A stretch of DNA of 64,000 nt. Source: Octopus sinensis. Its lineage: Eukaryota. How positions within the stretch are numbered: position 1 is the first letter of the stretch; each line of letters opens with the position of its first letter. Below the pieces are notes generated by a model. That model made no database searches and had not been told where the DNA came from. It saw only the letters and a list, made by a program, of their open reading frames with translations. The position numbers and the translations under genes were made by a program. The DNA lies in the NCBI RefSeq assembly GCF_006345805.1, contig NC_043005.1, positions 73,656,001 to 73,720,000 on the forward strand, given 5' to 3'. Below, in pieces: positions 50,801-63,666 of the stretch.

Positions 50801-53393
50801 AGGGCTGGTGATCTTGACGTGTGCGTGTGTGTATGTGTTCGCGTGCAAAAAGGAATAGCCAATTTAAAAAGCAAAAAACAATTTTAATGATTCAACAAGA
50901 GATTAACTGACTGTCAGTTCAATTCTTACACTTCTATCCATCATGAACCCCTACAATGCACATCCATTATAGTTATAGCATTTATTACATGCTTTGCGAA
51001 CATTTTCAACGATAAAAGTTTTGCTATTGAGGTGTAAAGCGACTTGTAAATTAACAGTTCCATTTTTGAAGTCAACCATTGCAAATTGAGTCAGGTTTCT
51101 CTTTTTAGTAATTATTCCTATTTCAGTCAGTTTTGTTTTTTTTTTTTTCACTTCGATGATTTTTCTCTGAACCCAGTACCAGACACTCGGGGGACAGCAT
51201 TTAATATTAAAATCAAAAACGTCAGTCTTGTTTCTAGCTTTCTTCTATTATTCTAATATTCAACGCTTATTCTCTCATCCTAAATCTCTCTCTCTTTTTC
51301 TCTCCCCCTCTCTCTCTCTCTCTCTCTCTCTGTGAGTGTGTGTGTGTATATTACCTTCTCTGTCTTTCTCGATAATTTAAAAATGCATTCACTCCCTCAC
51401 ATTTCCATTCCAGCTTCTATGGGTCAACCTCTTGCACTTCTCTATTTATTGTTTGCATTACTCTCTAATATCTATCTTTCTTTCCTAACTTCTTTTTTGA
51501 CTACTCCTCACACTCATTTCTCTCTTAGACTTCTTTTTCCCCCTCACACTCTGTCCACACACAGACACACACACACACACGCATACGCACACACACACGC
51601 ACACACACATATATATATATACGCAATGCCTTCTGTCTGCTCCCAAATCTCTCCGCTTTCATTTCTCTTCCTTTCTCTTTATCAAACTTTCTAATCATAT
51701 CATGTTTTTATTTGTCTCACTTTTGCCCTTTACATTTTACATTTTCTCTTCCACAACCTGATTCATTCGCTCTTATTATTAACGGAGATTTTCCTCTGAT
51801 AATCAAAGCTCTTTCACCATTATATTTTTCATAATTTCCAATGAAGTCATGTCTTCTTTTTCCTATCTTTCTTGTTCTTTTTTTTATATATATTTTTTAT
51901 CTCCTACCTCTCCTATTCATTCCATCCCACCCTCTGATTTTCCTATCGCTTTCCTCCATACAGATTTTTTCCCCGGAAAATAAAAGTTATGGAAATTCAC
52001 ATGAACAACAGACTGCCGATAATCTTAGCCATTTAAACATATCTCTATGGCGGCTGAAACAAAAGTTACCACCAACAGCCGTCCGTGTATTCATGACGGA
52101 CAATGACAGCCGGAATAATAATTCGATGTATTAGCTCATAATGTTTTAGTTGCCAGCGTTGTCTTGACACCAGATCGTGATATAGTGTCAAAGTGAGTCC
52201 AAAACTGTATGAACGGGATAAAAAAATTACTTTTTTTTTATGTTAGCTGGGAGATATATCTTCTGCGTGAATGATATTTCCTGATGGTAGTCAGAAAAGT
52301 CTATAGATGTTTTGTCATTATGTGAAGAAAGAACAAATAATAAAAGGCAAGATATTCCGTGTGAAATATAAATCCTAAAGTACAATATACATCAAACCGT
52401 AGTTAACATCACCACAGTGCAAGCTAAGTTTATGAACCACGAAATGTTGCAGCTTGAGTAATTATATTCACTGAGCAGGTCTGGAGTATACGACATAGCA
52501 TCTTCATTGTTATTTTGAATATATATTTTTTCCCTGGTCAGATTACTTGGACTCAAAACTTTTAGGAATTACTAGCACGACTACAGAAGCATTCTTCTTG
52601 AAATCGTATATCGAAAACCAGACAAGTGACGGTGCCATTCTTGGAGAAATTTAACTCAACAATACCAACGCATAAATGATGCATTAATACCAGTTTTTAT
52701 AATAGTCGAGAGAGGCGTATTAGTATATTTAGTTACAGCTTAATAGACTTGGTTTTTTTATCAGTTAAACATTAGCTTCGATGTCAACTTGGTAATTTTG
52801 ATTTCTCAACAAAGTCAATGTAATAGTTCCAATAGAAGGCAATTCAAATATTCCTATTATTGCAGTTGTTTACTTGCATATTAGCACTGATGGAGCAGAG
52901 GTCTATGATTTATTCCAGCTGAGAGCATCTTATCTATTTTAGAGTTATGAGCAACTACATTATCTAATGTGTCTTTGCTTTACTTTAAAATAGTGGAAGA
53001 TTTAAGAAAAAAATTTTACTGTTATTTCTTGTAAATTTAATGGCTACTTATAGGCTACGCACTCACACTGGCTCGTTTTACGCAATGTAGTTGACTAAAT
53101 TTCATTCACAGCTGCATGATCAATAGAATAGTCAGAAAATAATCCAAAATGTTATAATCTGTGCAGATAACAAACCTCAGATTGTCATGAAATGTTGTTC
53201 AAACATGGGACCTCTCTAATAAATAGTTAAGTGATTTTATCGTTATGCTTAACGTCTAGAGGTGTCGCTGGTCATAGCTCCCACCCTTCTTGTCAGACGA
53301 CATAGCTTAGAAAGTTATTAAATTGGTCTTTCTGCAACCGGTTTATAAGGTCATTGATTATCTTCTCGTTCTATATTCTATGAATTCTATACC

Positions 53394-53624
53394 TATTTCT
53401 TTATTACCCACAAGGGGCTAAACATAGAGGGGACAAACATGGACAGACATAGGTATTAAGTCGATTATATCGACCCCAGTGCTTAACTGGTACTTAATTT
53501 ATCGACCCCGAAAGGATGAAAGGCAAAGTCGACCTCGGCGGAATTTGATCTCACAACGTAACGGCAGCCGAAATACCGCTAAGCATTTCGCCCGACATGC
53601 TAACGATTCTGCTAGCTCGCCGCC
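53394..53624 (-). mobile_element. 184-type SINE monomer with perfect 20-bp TSD
   Basis: TATTCTATGAATTCTATACC at 53374-53393 and 53625-53644. Confidence 0.95.
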
Positions 53625-53789
53625 TATTCTATGAATTCTATACCGTCTTTCTTTCACGTTAAGTTCGGTAGAGCATGGGATTAAGAAAGTTAACTGTAAA
53701 TTAACAAGCAGAAGACATTTGGAAACTATTGCTGTATTTTACCCGAGAAACTTCGTGTTCTTTTAAGGAACATTCACAAAAGCATTCAA

Positions 53790-54200
53790 CGACACAAATG
53801 GAATCGCCGGAGGGGTAGTGGCGTCCGGTATATAACCTTATGAACTCTAAGTAAAGCCTTACCGGTATCAGAAGAGGAAGGGACAGGAGTGACGCGCGTG
53901 CAGGCAGGGGAGTATTGGGCCCTTTCGATCGGGATAGTTGACAGAGCTGGACGTGTGAGCGCTTTGTCAAGGTAAGGGAAAATAAGCTGCTATTTTTAGC
54001 GTTCGGGTCGGGCCACGTGGAAGGATGCGTTACCGCCGGAGAGGTCTGCGTCGACGAAGAGAAGGTAGGTGTCTTTATTTCAAATCTCCCGCATAGACCA
54101 CAGAGGTCACTTGAATGACTTCTTCAGTGTGGACGGACTCGAAAGGTACGCTATAGTTGTGAACGGAATCTTCCATCCAAAAAGAGGAACAGCGAAATAC
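53790..54200. other. CpG-rich, GC-rich unique segment (possible promoter/first exon or young TE fragment)
   Basis: Dense CpGs against an AT-rich background; TATATAA 53829-53835; AAG|GTAAGG at 53971/53972; GCGGGAGATTTGAA on the minus strand near 54080-54093. Confidence 0.3.
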
Positions 54201-54417
54201 TGACGTGCTTCTACACAACTTCTGTCAAACTTCCATCTAAGGGAAACCAAATTTCCTTTAAATGATATTGCTTGACTTGAATCTGAAGGAAAAGTTTCCT
54301 ACCCAATGTATCGCACCTTGAAATTGAATCCAAAACTAAGCAGCCTAAGTATGTTGACAACCATGTTTGTCCTCATGTTAATCGCTGTACAAAGAGGTTA
54401 TTCCGTGAAGAAATATA

Positions 54418-54687
54418 TTACCCATTATGAATTGACATGTAATGTACTTGACAAGTTAACCTAGCTGATTAATAATCGTTGTCTATGACGAGAAACAATT
54501 AGCTACAGATCATCAGATTCTAATAATTAAATAATTAAGTTAAAACTAAATGCTTCAAACCTTTAGCACATTCTACGTCATTAGAAACCAGTTAGCCTTC
54601 AATTCAGATTGAAACTGAACGGAATAATTTATCTTCTTACATATGTACTACCTAATGTGGATATCTAGGGACTAAAATTCATTCAAA
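54418..54687 (+). repeat. About 270-bp dispersed direct repeat, copy 2
   Basis: Homologous to 49648-49918. Confidence 0.9.
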
Positions 54688-55501
54688 AATATATTAACCA
54701 GTATTTCATATCCGAAGAAATTTAAATCTACATCCACTTAAATATTTTGGCTTCAGAACGCATCTTTCACTTTTCTTTTTTTTTTATTTTCCATATCCTA
54801 AATTAAGAATTTAATTCACAGAAAGTTATTCATCTCTTAGCAAATAATGTGAATTTTATCACTAATTCTCGCCATCAAAGATTGATAAAAATTTTGAGGA
54901 TCAAGCAATGGGAAAGCCCTTATCATGTTACATTTTACATGTTTACTTTTTTATTCTTTTATTATGCTTATTTTATATGTTTGTTATCCATAAACACCTC
55001 ATCGCTCAACAACATACACACGCGTGCACGTGTATGTGTAGGAGTGAGTGTCTGTTGTGAAATCCTATGTAAGTACCTCATATAGTGGCGAAACTGTAGC
55101 AACTTTAGTTCGGTAGCTATGGTAGCGGAGAGTATGTCCCCTCAGGTCCTGACGAACTACAATGGTACCAGACTACTGGCCCTAGAGAACGAATGCCTCA
55201 CTGAAGCGCGCACGTAGTCTATTTGCTTGAAGTTGGAAGCCGGCCAAGCTGATGAGGTAACCAAACGACCTGTCAACCTAGCCAGCGGCTAGCTTATTTT
55301 AAAAACTAAAACAATGCGAGAAAATGAGTCTCAGTACCCTGCCAATCAATCGGATTGCTCTATAGTGGCGGAGCGAGATCCAAGTGACCACACACTGCTA
55401 TGAATCTCAGTATCCATAGACCGCCAAGGAATCGGATAAAAACCCTAGCCTTATTTACCTACAATTGCAGATCTTTGGCAGGAGGAATCGGAATGGCCTA
55501 T

Positions 55502-56039
55502 CATGGTTCCGGGTTCAGTCCCACTGCATGGCATATTGAGTAAGTGTCCTCTACTAAAGCCTCGGGTCGACCAAAACCTTGTGAGTTGATTTGGTAGACG
55601 GAAACTGAAAAAAGCCCCTAGTATATATATAGATATATATATATATATATGTGTGTGTGAGTGTGTGTGTGTGTGTGTGTGTGTTTGTGTATCTGTGTTT
55701 GTCCCCCGCACCATCACCTGACAACCGATGCTGGTACGTCTACGTCCCCGTAACATAGTGGTTCGGCAAACGTGACCGATAGAATAAGTACTAGGCTTAC
55801 AAAGAATAAGTCGTGGGGTCGATTTGTTTGACTTATTCTTTGTAAGCCTAGTACTTATTATATCGGTCACGTTTGCCGAACCACTATATATATATATATA
55901 ATATACTCTTATTTGTTTCAGTCATTTGACTGCAGCTATGCCAGAGCACCGCCTTTAGTCAAACAAATCGACCCCACGACTTATTCTTTGTAAGCCTAGT
56001 ACTTATCCTATCGGTCACGTTTGCCGAACCACTATGTTA
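55502..56039 (+). mobile_element. CORE-type SINE whose 3' part is locally duplicated twice in inverted orientation
   Basis: Forward 55502-55833; inverted copies 55830-55887 and 55906-56039 share private variants (AAACGTGACCGAT, GTCGTGGGG, TTTGTTTGACT). Confidence 0.9.
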
Positions 56040-56949
56040 TATATATTCTGTAAAGAACGTAGTATAGTACAGTATAAAGCTCGTCTACCTTCATACTTCA
56101 CCCTGTCTTATCCAGTAGTAGTATCATACATTCTTCCAGATTTGCGTTTGGACATTTGTTGTGTGTGAATAGATAATTGAAAAAATTTGCAGTCATCAAG
56201 AAGGTGTACGGTTGGACATTTATTTTCAATCACAACAATCATTTCTACACAACGTAGTTCTCCAGGTGTGCAGGTACTTGATTATGCAACCGTTTCCCTG
56301 CATTATAATGTCTAGTTGTGAACCCTCAGGTGGTATGTAAATATTGCATCCGTATGTTCGAATTCTCGGCTTCAAGAACATCCTCTCGATCTGTCGTGGC
56401 CTAAATTTAGTAGTAGGTGCTTTTCCGCCTGAATGGTTGGCGAAGCCAGCATTCGGATACAGAGTACAGCATCACCTTCAGTACACAAACGTTTACTCTA
56501 AATGATGTTCTACTCCAAGGTAAGTTTTCCGCAAATTCTAAACAACTGGTTTGCCAGTGTGTGGTTTTTTCTGTTTTCTTGCTATGACATCTTGACTCTT
56601 CCTTACGTATGCTAGTATTTTTCACACAGTTAAATTGTTTCCTTTACAGAAATAGTTCGGACAAACATCTCTTTCTTTTCTTTTGCCTGATCTCTTTTAA
56701 TTTTCTATATTGAAACAATGGTTTCTCTTTTTTTATATATATATTGTATTTGATGGCATTCAGAACACATTGTTTTCGAAGCAAAATATGCCCCAAAAAT
56801 TCCTCCTGGCTCGTATACACAAAGTTGATCCTAAATCACATCCTTTAATGCACTTAAAACTTTTTCCCCCGAATTTGCGCTGATGAAATTGGGGGTGCAT
56901 CTGATACGCCCACGCGTCTTTTATGTCAGCAAATATTATATTGAACAGC

Positions 56950-57075
56950 AAGTTCAGTGTTTTAGTAGACATGTTTTCTTCATCATTGTATTTTCTTTTC
57001 TTGCAGGCACGTATGTCTGTATGATGTTGATTTTGAAAGATTTTCCTTGTAGCCTCATTTTTTTCCCGAAATTGT
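56950..57075 (-). pseudogene. Ancient RTE endonuclease remnant
   Basis: Minus frame MRLQGKSFKINIIQTYVP resembles the RTE APE motif RLKGK.FNI.IIQ.YAPT. Confidence 0.4.
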
Positions 57076-57433
57076 CCGGCATCCAATTAGTATCCAATTA
57101 AAACCTACATGCAAACATCACCAGCGAAAGCACTGCCCTGAAGGGATAAAAAGAAGAAAGGAATTAATTTCTACCAGAGAAGGGGGGAAAAGAAATACAA
57201 GAATAAAAATTAAGACATGTATAACACCCTAGGGGTATGCTCTGAATGTAGAAAAGCAAAAACTAAATGCCTGCATGATCAATGTCAAGAACCAACGTAA
57301 GTCCAAATAACTGTAACCAAAAGTAAATGGGATCACACACTGCAATGCATGAGTACACCGTAATGTTGATAATTAATACGAAACCATACGTTTGATCATG
57401 TGCAATTTGGCCATTTCATTTAGAAGAAAGGAT

Positions 57434-58020
57434 GAGGCGGTAAGCTGGCAGAATCGTTAGCACGCTGGACGAAATGCTTAGCGGTATTTCGTCTGCCGCT
57501 ACGTTCTGAGTTCAAATTCCGCCGAGGTCGACTTTGCCTTTCAACCTTTCGGGGTCGATAAATTAAGTAAAAGTTACGCACTGGGGTCGATGTAATCGAC
57601 TTAATACCTATGTCTGTTCTTGTTTGTCCCTTCTATGTTTAGCCCCTTGTGGGTAATAAAGAAATGGGTATTTCCTCTGCCGCTACGTTCTGAGTTCAAA
57701 TTCCACCGAGGTCGACTTTGCCTTTCATCCTTTCGGGGTCGATTAAATAAATACCAGTTACGCACTGGGGTCGATATAATCGACTTAATCCGTTTGTCTG
57801 TCCTTGTTTGTCCTCTCTGTGTTTAGCCCCTTGTGGGTAGTAAAGAAATAGGTATTTCGTCTGCCGTTACGTTCTGAGTTCAAATTCCGCCGTTGTCGAC
57901 TTTACCTTTCATCCTTTCGGAGTCGATTAAATAATTACCAGTAAAGTACTGGGGTTGATGCAATCGACTCGTTCTCTCCCCACAAATTTCTGGCTCTGTG
58001 CCTATAGTAGAAAGGATTAT
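57434..58020 (+). mobile_element. 184-type SINE trimer
   Basis: One head; units begin GTATTTC at 57484, 57668 and 57852; the last unit carries the alternative tail. Confidence 0.93.
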
Positions 58021-58489
58021 ATTTAGAAAGGGTGGATACTTAAAAGACCTTTGCTATGCTGAGAACACACAGTATAGCCCCAATTTGGAATCTGCTGATT
58101 GAATCTTTAAAAAAAAAAGAAAGTAGGAAGAGAAATAAAACGATGTAAGACGAAAATACAACGGTACAGATGACATTAACAGCAGAAGTATTAATATTGT
58201 TAAATAAACACAATATAAATCTAAAAACAGACTTATGCAGTGTAGTGTATAGTAGTGGACAAATTCCGACGGACATGAATAAATTATCTTTACTCCATTC
58301 ACAAAGAAAGCAAAATATCGGGGCTGCACAGTGATCAGAATGTGCCTAATAGGTCACATGACTCAGCAACAAGCGTAGAAGTAATCCAATAAAGGATTAC
58401 ATCATGAATAAATGAATAATGAGACTCTAAAGCATAAATGGGAACTTGCAAAGTAATATTTAACTTAAGAACCACAGATGAAACTGTAC

Positions 58490-58980
58490 GCATAAATCAA
58501 GATTTTTACATGGTATTTGTATAGAACACGAAGGCATTTGACGAAATAAAACATGCAAAGGTAATTATCGTGTGGAAGAATATAGGATTAAGTTCTCCAA
58601 AGTTATCCAAATAATAGCAATAGTTTACTAGGAGTCAATAGTGATAAGAACTGAAAGAGGAGGGCCCTCAGAATTTAAAATTAAGAATTGAGTCAAGTAA
58701 AATAGTGTATTTAACCTAGAGACTGAGAATGTATGATATGACAGAGCGGCCATAAGTGATATGAACATAAGCAGACGACACTAACTTGTTAGCGGTCAGT
58801 AGAGGTGACCTACAAAACCTTGTAACAATTAAATGACAAAGAAATGTCCCCTGAGAAGGGAATTCATGTAAATAAAACAAAATCAGTAGCAATCAGGGAG
58901 AAACAACACTCGTCCAAAATAATAATTACAATCGAAGCAAAACTAATGAAACAGTGAAAATATCTAATGAAGGTTTTTCA
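58490..58980 (+). pseudogene. Ancient RTE reverse-transcriptase remnant
   Basis: Ordered degenerate motifs YMVFV..KAFD, EFKIK.GV, ADDT.L, DLQNLV, NKTKSV across broken frames. Confidence 0.55.
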
Positions 58981-59639
58981 CTCGCATTTATATTCACTAT
59001 AATCTCGGTAACATTTGTTATAAAACCAAGAAAGATAGAAATAGAAAGGAAAATTGAGAACTGTCGAATGTAGCACAACTGTATCGATTTTATTTATTTA
59101 TTTATTTTTGTTTTTTTTTTCTTCAATCATTATCTGCCTGATTTGTTGCTCATGCATTTTTTACTCGAAATGTAAATCTGCCTATTAGCATGCAATGCAA
59201 AAATACTGAAATTGCACTCTAGTGAATGAAGCCTAAGCCAGTTTCCCGTTATAATTTAGGTCTTATAAATTACTTTTAACCAGGAGCGCTTAGTAATTAG
59301 ATACGCTGCTGATAAGGACAAAAACTTAATTGAAAATATATTTTACGGCTTCTAAACACTAATTGCTTAATTCAACTTATTCTCAAAAGGCTTTACGTTT
59401 ACTTTAGAATTTTTACCTAATTGTATCCCATACCTTAAGAACCATAATTATTCCTGGGTTTAATTGTGGTATAACATGCGGAATAAGTGGGAGACTGGCT
59501 TTGTAAATGTGCTTCAGTTCAAATGGGAAGAGGAGCTGACTTTCTTTTTATTATGAACAATGCACGTTGCTGCCGAGATACGAGATATCCTGTTCCGCTT
59601 CCAGAGAAAAGTAACTCGAATGAGTGGCATAAAACTATA

Positions 59640-59915
59640 CAAAGCAAGCGTGTTGCCACCTTCCTACCTTTTCTACTATGTCTATAATGACCTCTGTTTC
59701 TCAGAGTTGCCTGGTCTTGTGCCTTCTCTATTTCCTTCATCCAGCCATTTACATTCTACAACCCTTCTCTCATCTTTTATGTTGCGTGCAGCCCCTTCGC
59801 TAAATACTACTCCTAATCTCTATCCGGGACATCGGCCCTCTCGAATTTACCTCCTGATTGTGTCTTTAATGCACAAGTTGACTTCTCAAAATTTAAATGA
59901 AATATTAACGCCAAG
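59640..59915 (+). pseudogene. Ancient CR1/Jockey-group LINE 3' remnant
   Basis: SYLFYYVYNDLCFSELPGLVP and LPPDCVF..DFSKFK*NIN match typical C-terminal motifs of this group. Confidence 0.5.
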
Positions 59916-60410
59916 AATATCATCGGTCTTCTAGGACGGACAAAGGTCAGACGAAATACTCCTTCCCTCGGGCTCACCAACTAAAACGCTACCGTGGAAG
60001 AACATCATTAAAAGAATACAACAATATTTATCTGAACAAAAATTTAATATTCGTGTCTGCTTGTTTGTATATTACGTACATCGGAATATTTTTTGGTTGC
60101 GTAATATATTATAATAAGTAGGAATGAATATACTTCTAAAAATCAATGTGGAGCTTTGGTAGCATAACCTTGATAGAAGCCGATGAATTAAAGACCTAAA
60201 AAAACATATTAATGTTCATACTTATGGATAACAAAAGCAATATTTTGAGTAGAAAGATTATATATAGTATGTAAACCTCATTTTATGGTTTAAAAAGATT
60301 TTTGATAATGTATTTATTTATTAAGAACTTTGCTATAAAATATATAACAGCTAATTTTTCTTCATATTTTTTTTTTTAGGTTTGCTATTATATTGATTTC
60401 CAATTTTGAT

Positions 60411-60600
60411 TGGCATAAGGCCAGCAAGTTTTGGAGAGAGGATAAGTCGATTAAATCGATCCCAGTGCTCAACTGGTATTTATTTTATTTACCTCGAAAG
60501 AATGAAAGGTAAAATCGACCCGGCAGCATTTGAATCCAGAACGTAACGACAGACGAAATGCCGCTAAGCATTTTGTCCGGCATACTAACGACTCTACCAT
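60411..60600 (-). mobile_element. Diverged 184-type SINE
   Basis: AAGTCGATT..CCCAGTGCTCAACTGGTA..GAATGAAAGG..CAGACGAAATGCCGCTAAGCATTT. Confidence 0.8.
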
Positions 60601-61029
60601 CTTAAGGTTTGATACAATATTGTTGGCACAGCTAGGATAAGCTTCAAAATATTTCTACGATGCACAAAAGTTTATAAGATCGGGATTAGTTCTAGTAATG
60701 ATTATCCTCGGCAGTGTCAAGCAAAAATGATACGAAACTATCTCCGATTCAAATTGATAAGAAGCCAGTATCATTCCAAAACGATTTCGAAGTTTAATCG
60801 TTGTGACAGCTGGAATGGAACATGATTAAGTCTTCTGTCTAGAGATACGAGTAGAACCTGAGGAACAGATATCCCTAGAAACATTTTGTCAGGTTCTCTA
60901 TCTATTCTGACATCCATTGCCTCTAAATAAAGGCAAAACACAAAGGCACAAATTTTTTGGAAAGGAACCGTCAATTCAAAGTCCCTCAGTACTAGGCGAA
61001 TACCTCTTTTATCCGTTCTGAAGATATTG

Positions 61030-61193
61030 GCTTCAAATTTTGGCACAAGTCGATTATATCGACCCCAACGCTCAAAAATAATGATTCGAGGGATGAAAGG
61101 CAAAGTCGAGATCTGTGAAATTTAAACGTAAAGACGGACGAAATGCCGCTAAGCATTTTGCTTGTTGTGTTAACAATTTCGCCAGCTCGCCTC
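61030..61193 (-). mobile_element. Diverged 184-type SINE
   Basis: GGATGAAAGGCAAAGTCGA..GACGAAATGCCGCTAAGCATTT..GCCAGCTCGCC. Confidence 0.75.
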
Positions 61194-61279
61194 CTTCTCT
61201 CTCTAAAAGATATTAAATGCAAGATCTACATCACAGCTGTGCTGCAATCGTTATTCGTTTTTTTTTGTTTTATGGTGGA

Positions 61280-61485
61280 AGACTGGAAAAATCGTTAGTG
61301 CATCGAAAAAATGTTTAGCAGCATTTCTTTCGATTCCTTATATTCTGAGCTCAAATCCCGCTTATGTCAAATTTGGCTTTCATCATTTCGGAGTCGATAA
61401 AACACAGTACCAGTCAAGTTCTGTGGGAGATGTAGCAACTAATATTACCTCCCTTAATATCATTGGTCTTGTGCTAAAATCTGAA
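61280..61485 (+). mobile_element. Strongly degraded 184-type SINE
   Basis: TTCTGAGCTCAAATCCCGC..GGCTTTCATCATTTCGGAGTCGATAAA..AGTACCAG. Confidence 0.6.
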
Positions 61486-62925
61486 ATCATTATCATTGTA
61501 TCATCTTGTGATATTTTTCATTTTAATGTATTCTATATCCTATCGGTGCAAGTTAATACAATGCACAATATTTGCATTTTTGAGAACTTTTAGTCATAAA
61601 TACAATTCAATTATATTTAAAATGTTAACAATTAACTTGCAGCTGTTTTCGGCTTTTATTGTGGTTATACATTTTTAAACTTTTCAACATTTCCAGAAGT
61701 TGAGCTTGATAAACTCTATTTCATACATTTCGCTTTGCTTCTGTTGCCTGAAGCAGTCATGCAAAATTGGATGCAAAAACAAGACATGTTCAACTGAATC
61801 TAGTTAACTCGGAATAGTTTTAATACAAGACCAGCAGCAACAAATAATTATGCTCAAATGTTGCATTAATCAAGGGAAAAGATAACCAGGAAAATGTAAA
61901 CTGATAATAATTAATAATAGATAACGAAAGAATGATTTCTTTTCACAAGCAAAAGGCAATGTTTGTACAACTGAAGTCAAAGTAGAGCGGAGTCGATTGA
62001 AATGACTTCGGTTTAATACTGCTTTCTGTTTTATCGACATGAAAGGCATAAAAGACAAAGTGGAAGCCGGTGAGACTGCAACGCGTAATGTAAAAGGTTG
62101 ATGCGAAATATTATAATGTAATTAACTAAAGGAATAGCTTCGTGATTAAAACGTAAACTTCAGGTCAACAATCATGTACTTTCTATTCTAAAGCAAATGT
62201 GTTCTTAACGTCCAGCCGGCCTATGCCTTGAGAAGGAAATTGCGCGTAGAGAATTCGTGTATTAATCCCACAAATGAACTTGCTCATCGTTGTGATATTT
62301 AATTCATTATTCTGTTAAACCACCCTCTACCCTTGGGTCCAGAAACATTCTAGAAGCATATAATAAAATAAATTTCATGCGTTGGAAAAAATCAACTCCC
62401 ATTCTCGAAATATATTCTGTCTGAGCAAAATATATTGCCCCGTAAGATATTCTGCAAAATGCTTTCCTAGATAATTAGATATATTTAACTAGTGGCACAA
62501 CACGATACGGTTGGCGGTGCAGGAACTTTCAATTACACATTTACGGTGAGGTCAATTTACCAATTCACATTTTACAAGCCTATTCTATAAACATTTCAAG
62601 AAGGAATGAGCATTTCATTTTCCAAACGTACTAAGTAAATTTACATAAATTGTAAATTTACGTAAATTGTAAATTTACAAAAAGCTGTCTTAAATAGTTA
62701 TTCCCGCAAACATTCTTAAAACCAAAGTGGTTTTTAACATAAGCATAACATCTCAAACCATTTGAGATGCATCATTAAATCAGCGCGAATTCTTGACTGG
62801 AATGTATCATATCGACTTGGAAAGAAGTTTCAGGCAAAGTTGAAATCTATAGGATTTTAACTCAGATGTTAAAGGGATGAAATTAAATATCACAAGTTTC
62901 TGTTTTTGTTATTGTACCTATTCTT

Positions 62926-63313
62926 ATTTCTTTACTGCCCACAAGGGGCTACACACAGAGGGGACAAACAAGGACAGACAAAAGGATTAAGTCGATTATA
63001 TCGACCCTGGTGCGTAACTGGTACTTATTTAATCGACCCCGAAAGGATGAAAGGCAAAGCCGACCTCGGCGGAGTTTGAACTCACAACGTAGCGGCAGAC
63101 GAAATACCTATTTCTTTACTACCCACAAGGGGCTAAACTCAGAGGGAACAAACAAGAACAGACAAACGGATTAAGTCGATTAGATTGACCCCAGTGTGTA
63201 ACAGGTACTTAATTTATCGACCCCGAAAGGATGAAAGGCAAAGTCGACCTCGGCGCAATTTGAACTCAGAACGCAAAAACAGACGAAATACCTATTTCTT
63301 TACTACCCACAAG
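62926..63313 (-). mobile_element. 184-type SINE multimer (2 full units + start of a third, 5'-truncated)
   Basis: ATTTCTTTACT at 62926, 63110 and 63294 (184-bp period); junction GAAATACCTATTTC. Confidence 0.93.
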
Positions 63314-63666
63314 TAAATTAGTACTGCTGCTTATAGTTGTTATGAACATGTTAATTAGTCCTTTAAATATAGTAAATAATGATCAAATTATTTTTTTTAC
63401 TTGGAAAACACGAGTGTCAAAATTAATGTTTAAAAATTATTTTTATTTTTGTTGTATTTCTTTGCCTAAGAAACCGTAAACAGATGAGTTTGTCGTTGCT
63501 GAAATATTTTAATGTATAGGTTTACTCGGTCAGAGTTAACCTAGGGCTATAAAAAAAGTCTAGAACTGCAACAACAATAATTGGCTCCTCAAAACAGAGG
63601 AACAGGGCTTCGAATCGGTAAACTACTAAAATTAAAGTTTTAAATGATATTGTATTTGCTGTTGCT

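Noticed and set aside
54000-54096. Arg-rich frame MRYRRRGLRRRREGRC.. (protamine-like)
   Set aside because: Only about 23 aa, and expected by chance from CpG-rich sequence.
55235-55290. CTGATGAGGTAACCAAAC..GTC hammerhead-like motif
   Set aside because: G12 is missing, stem II is only 2 bp and stem I is poor.
57484-58020. Regularly spaced repeats suggesting CRISPR
   Set aside because: Whole 184-bp units are homologous with no unique spacers; no cas genes; eukaryotic context.
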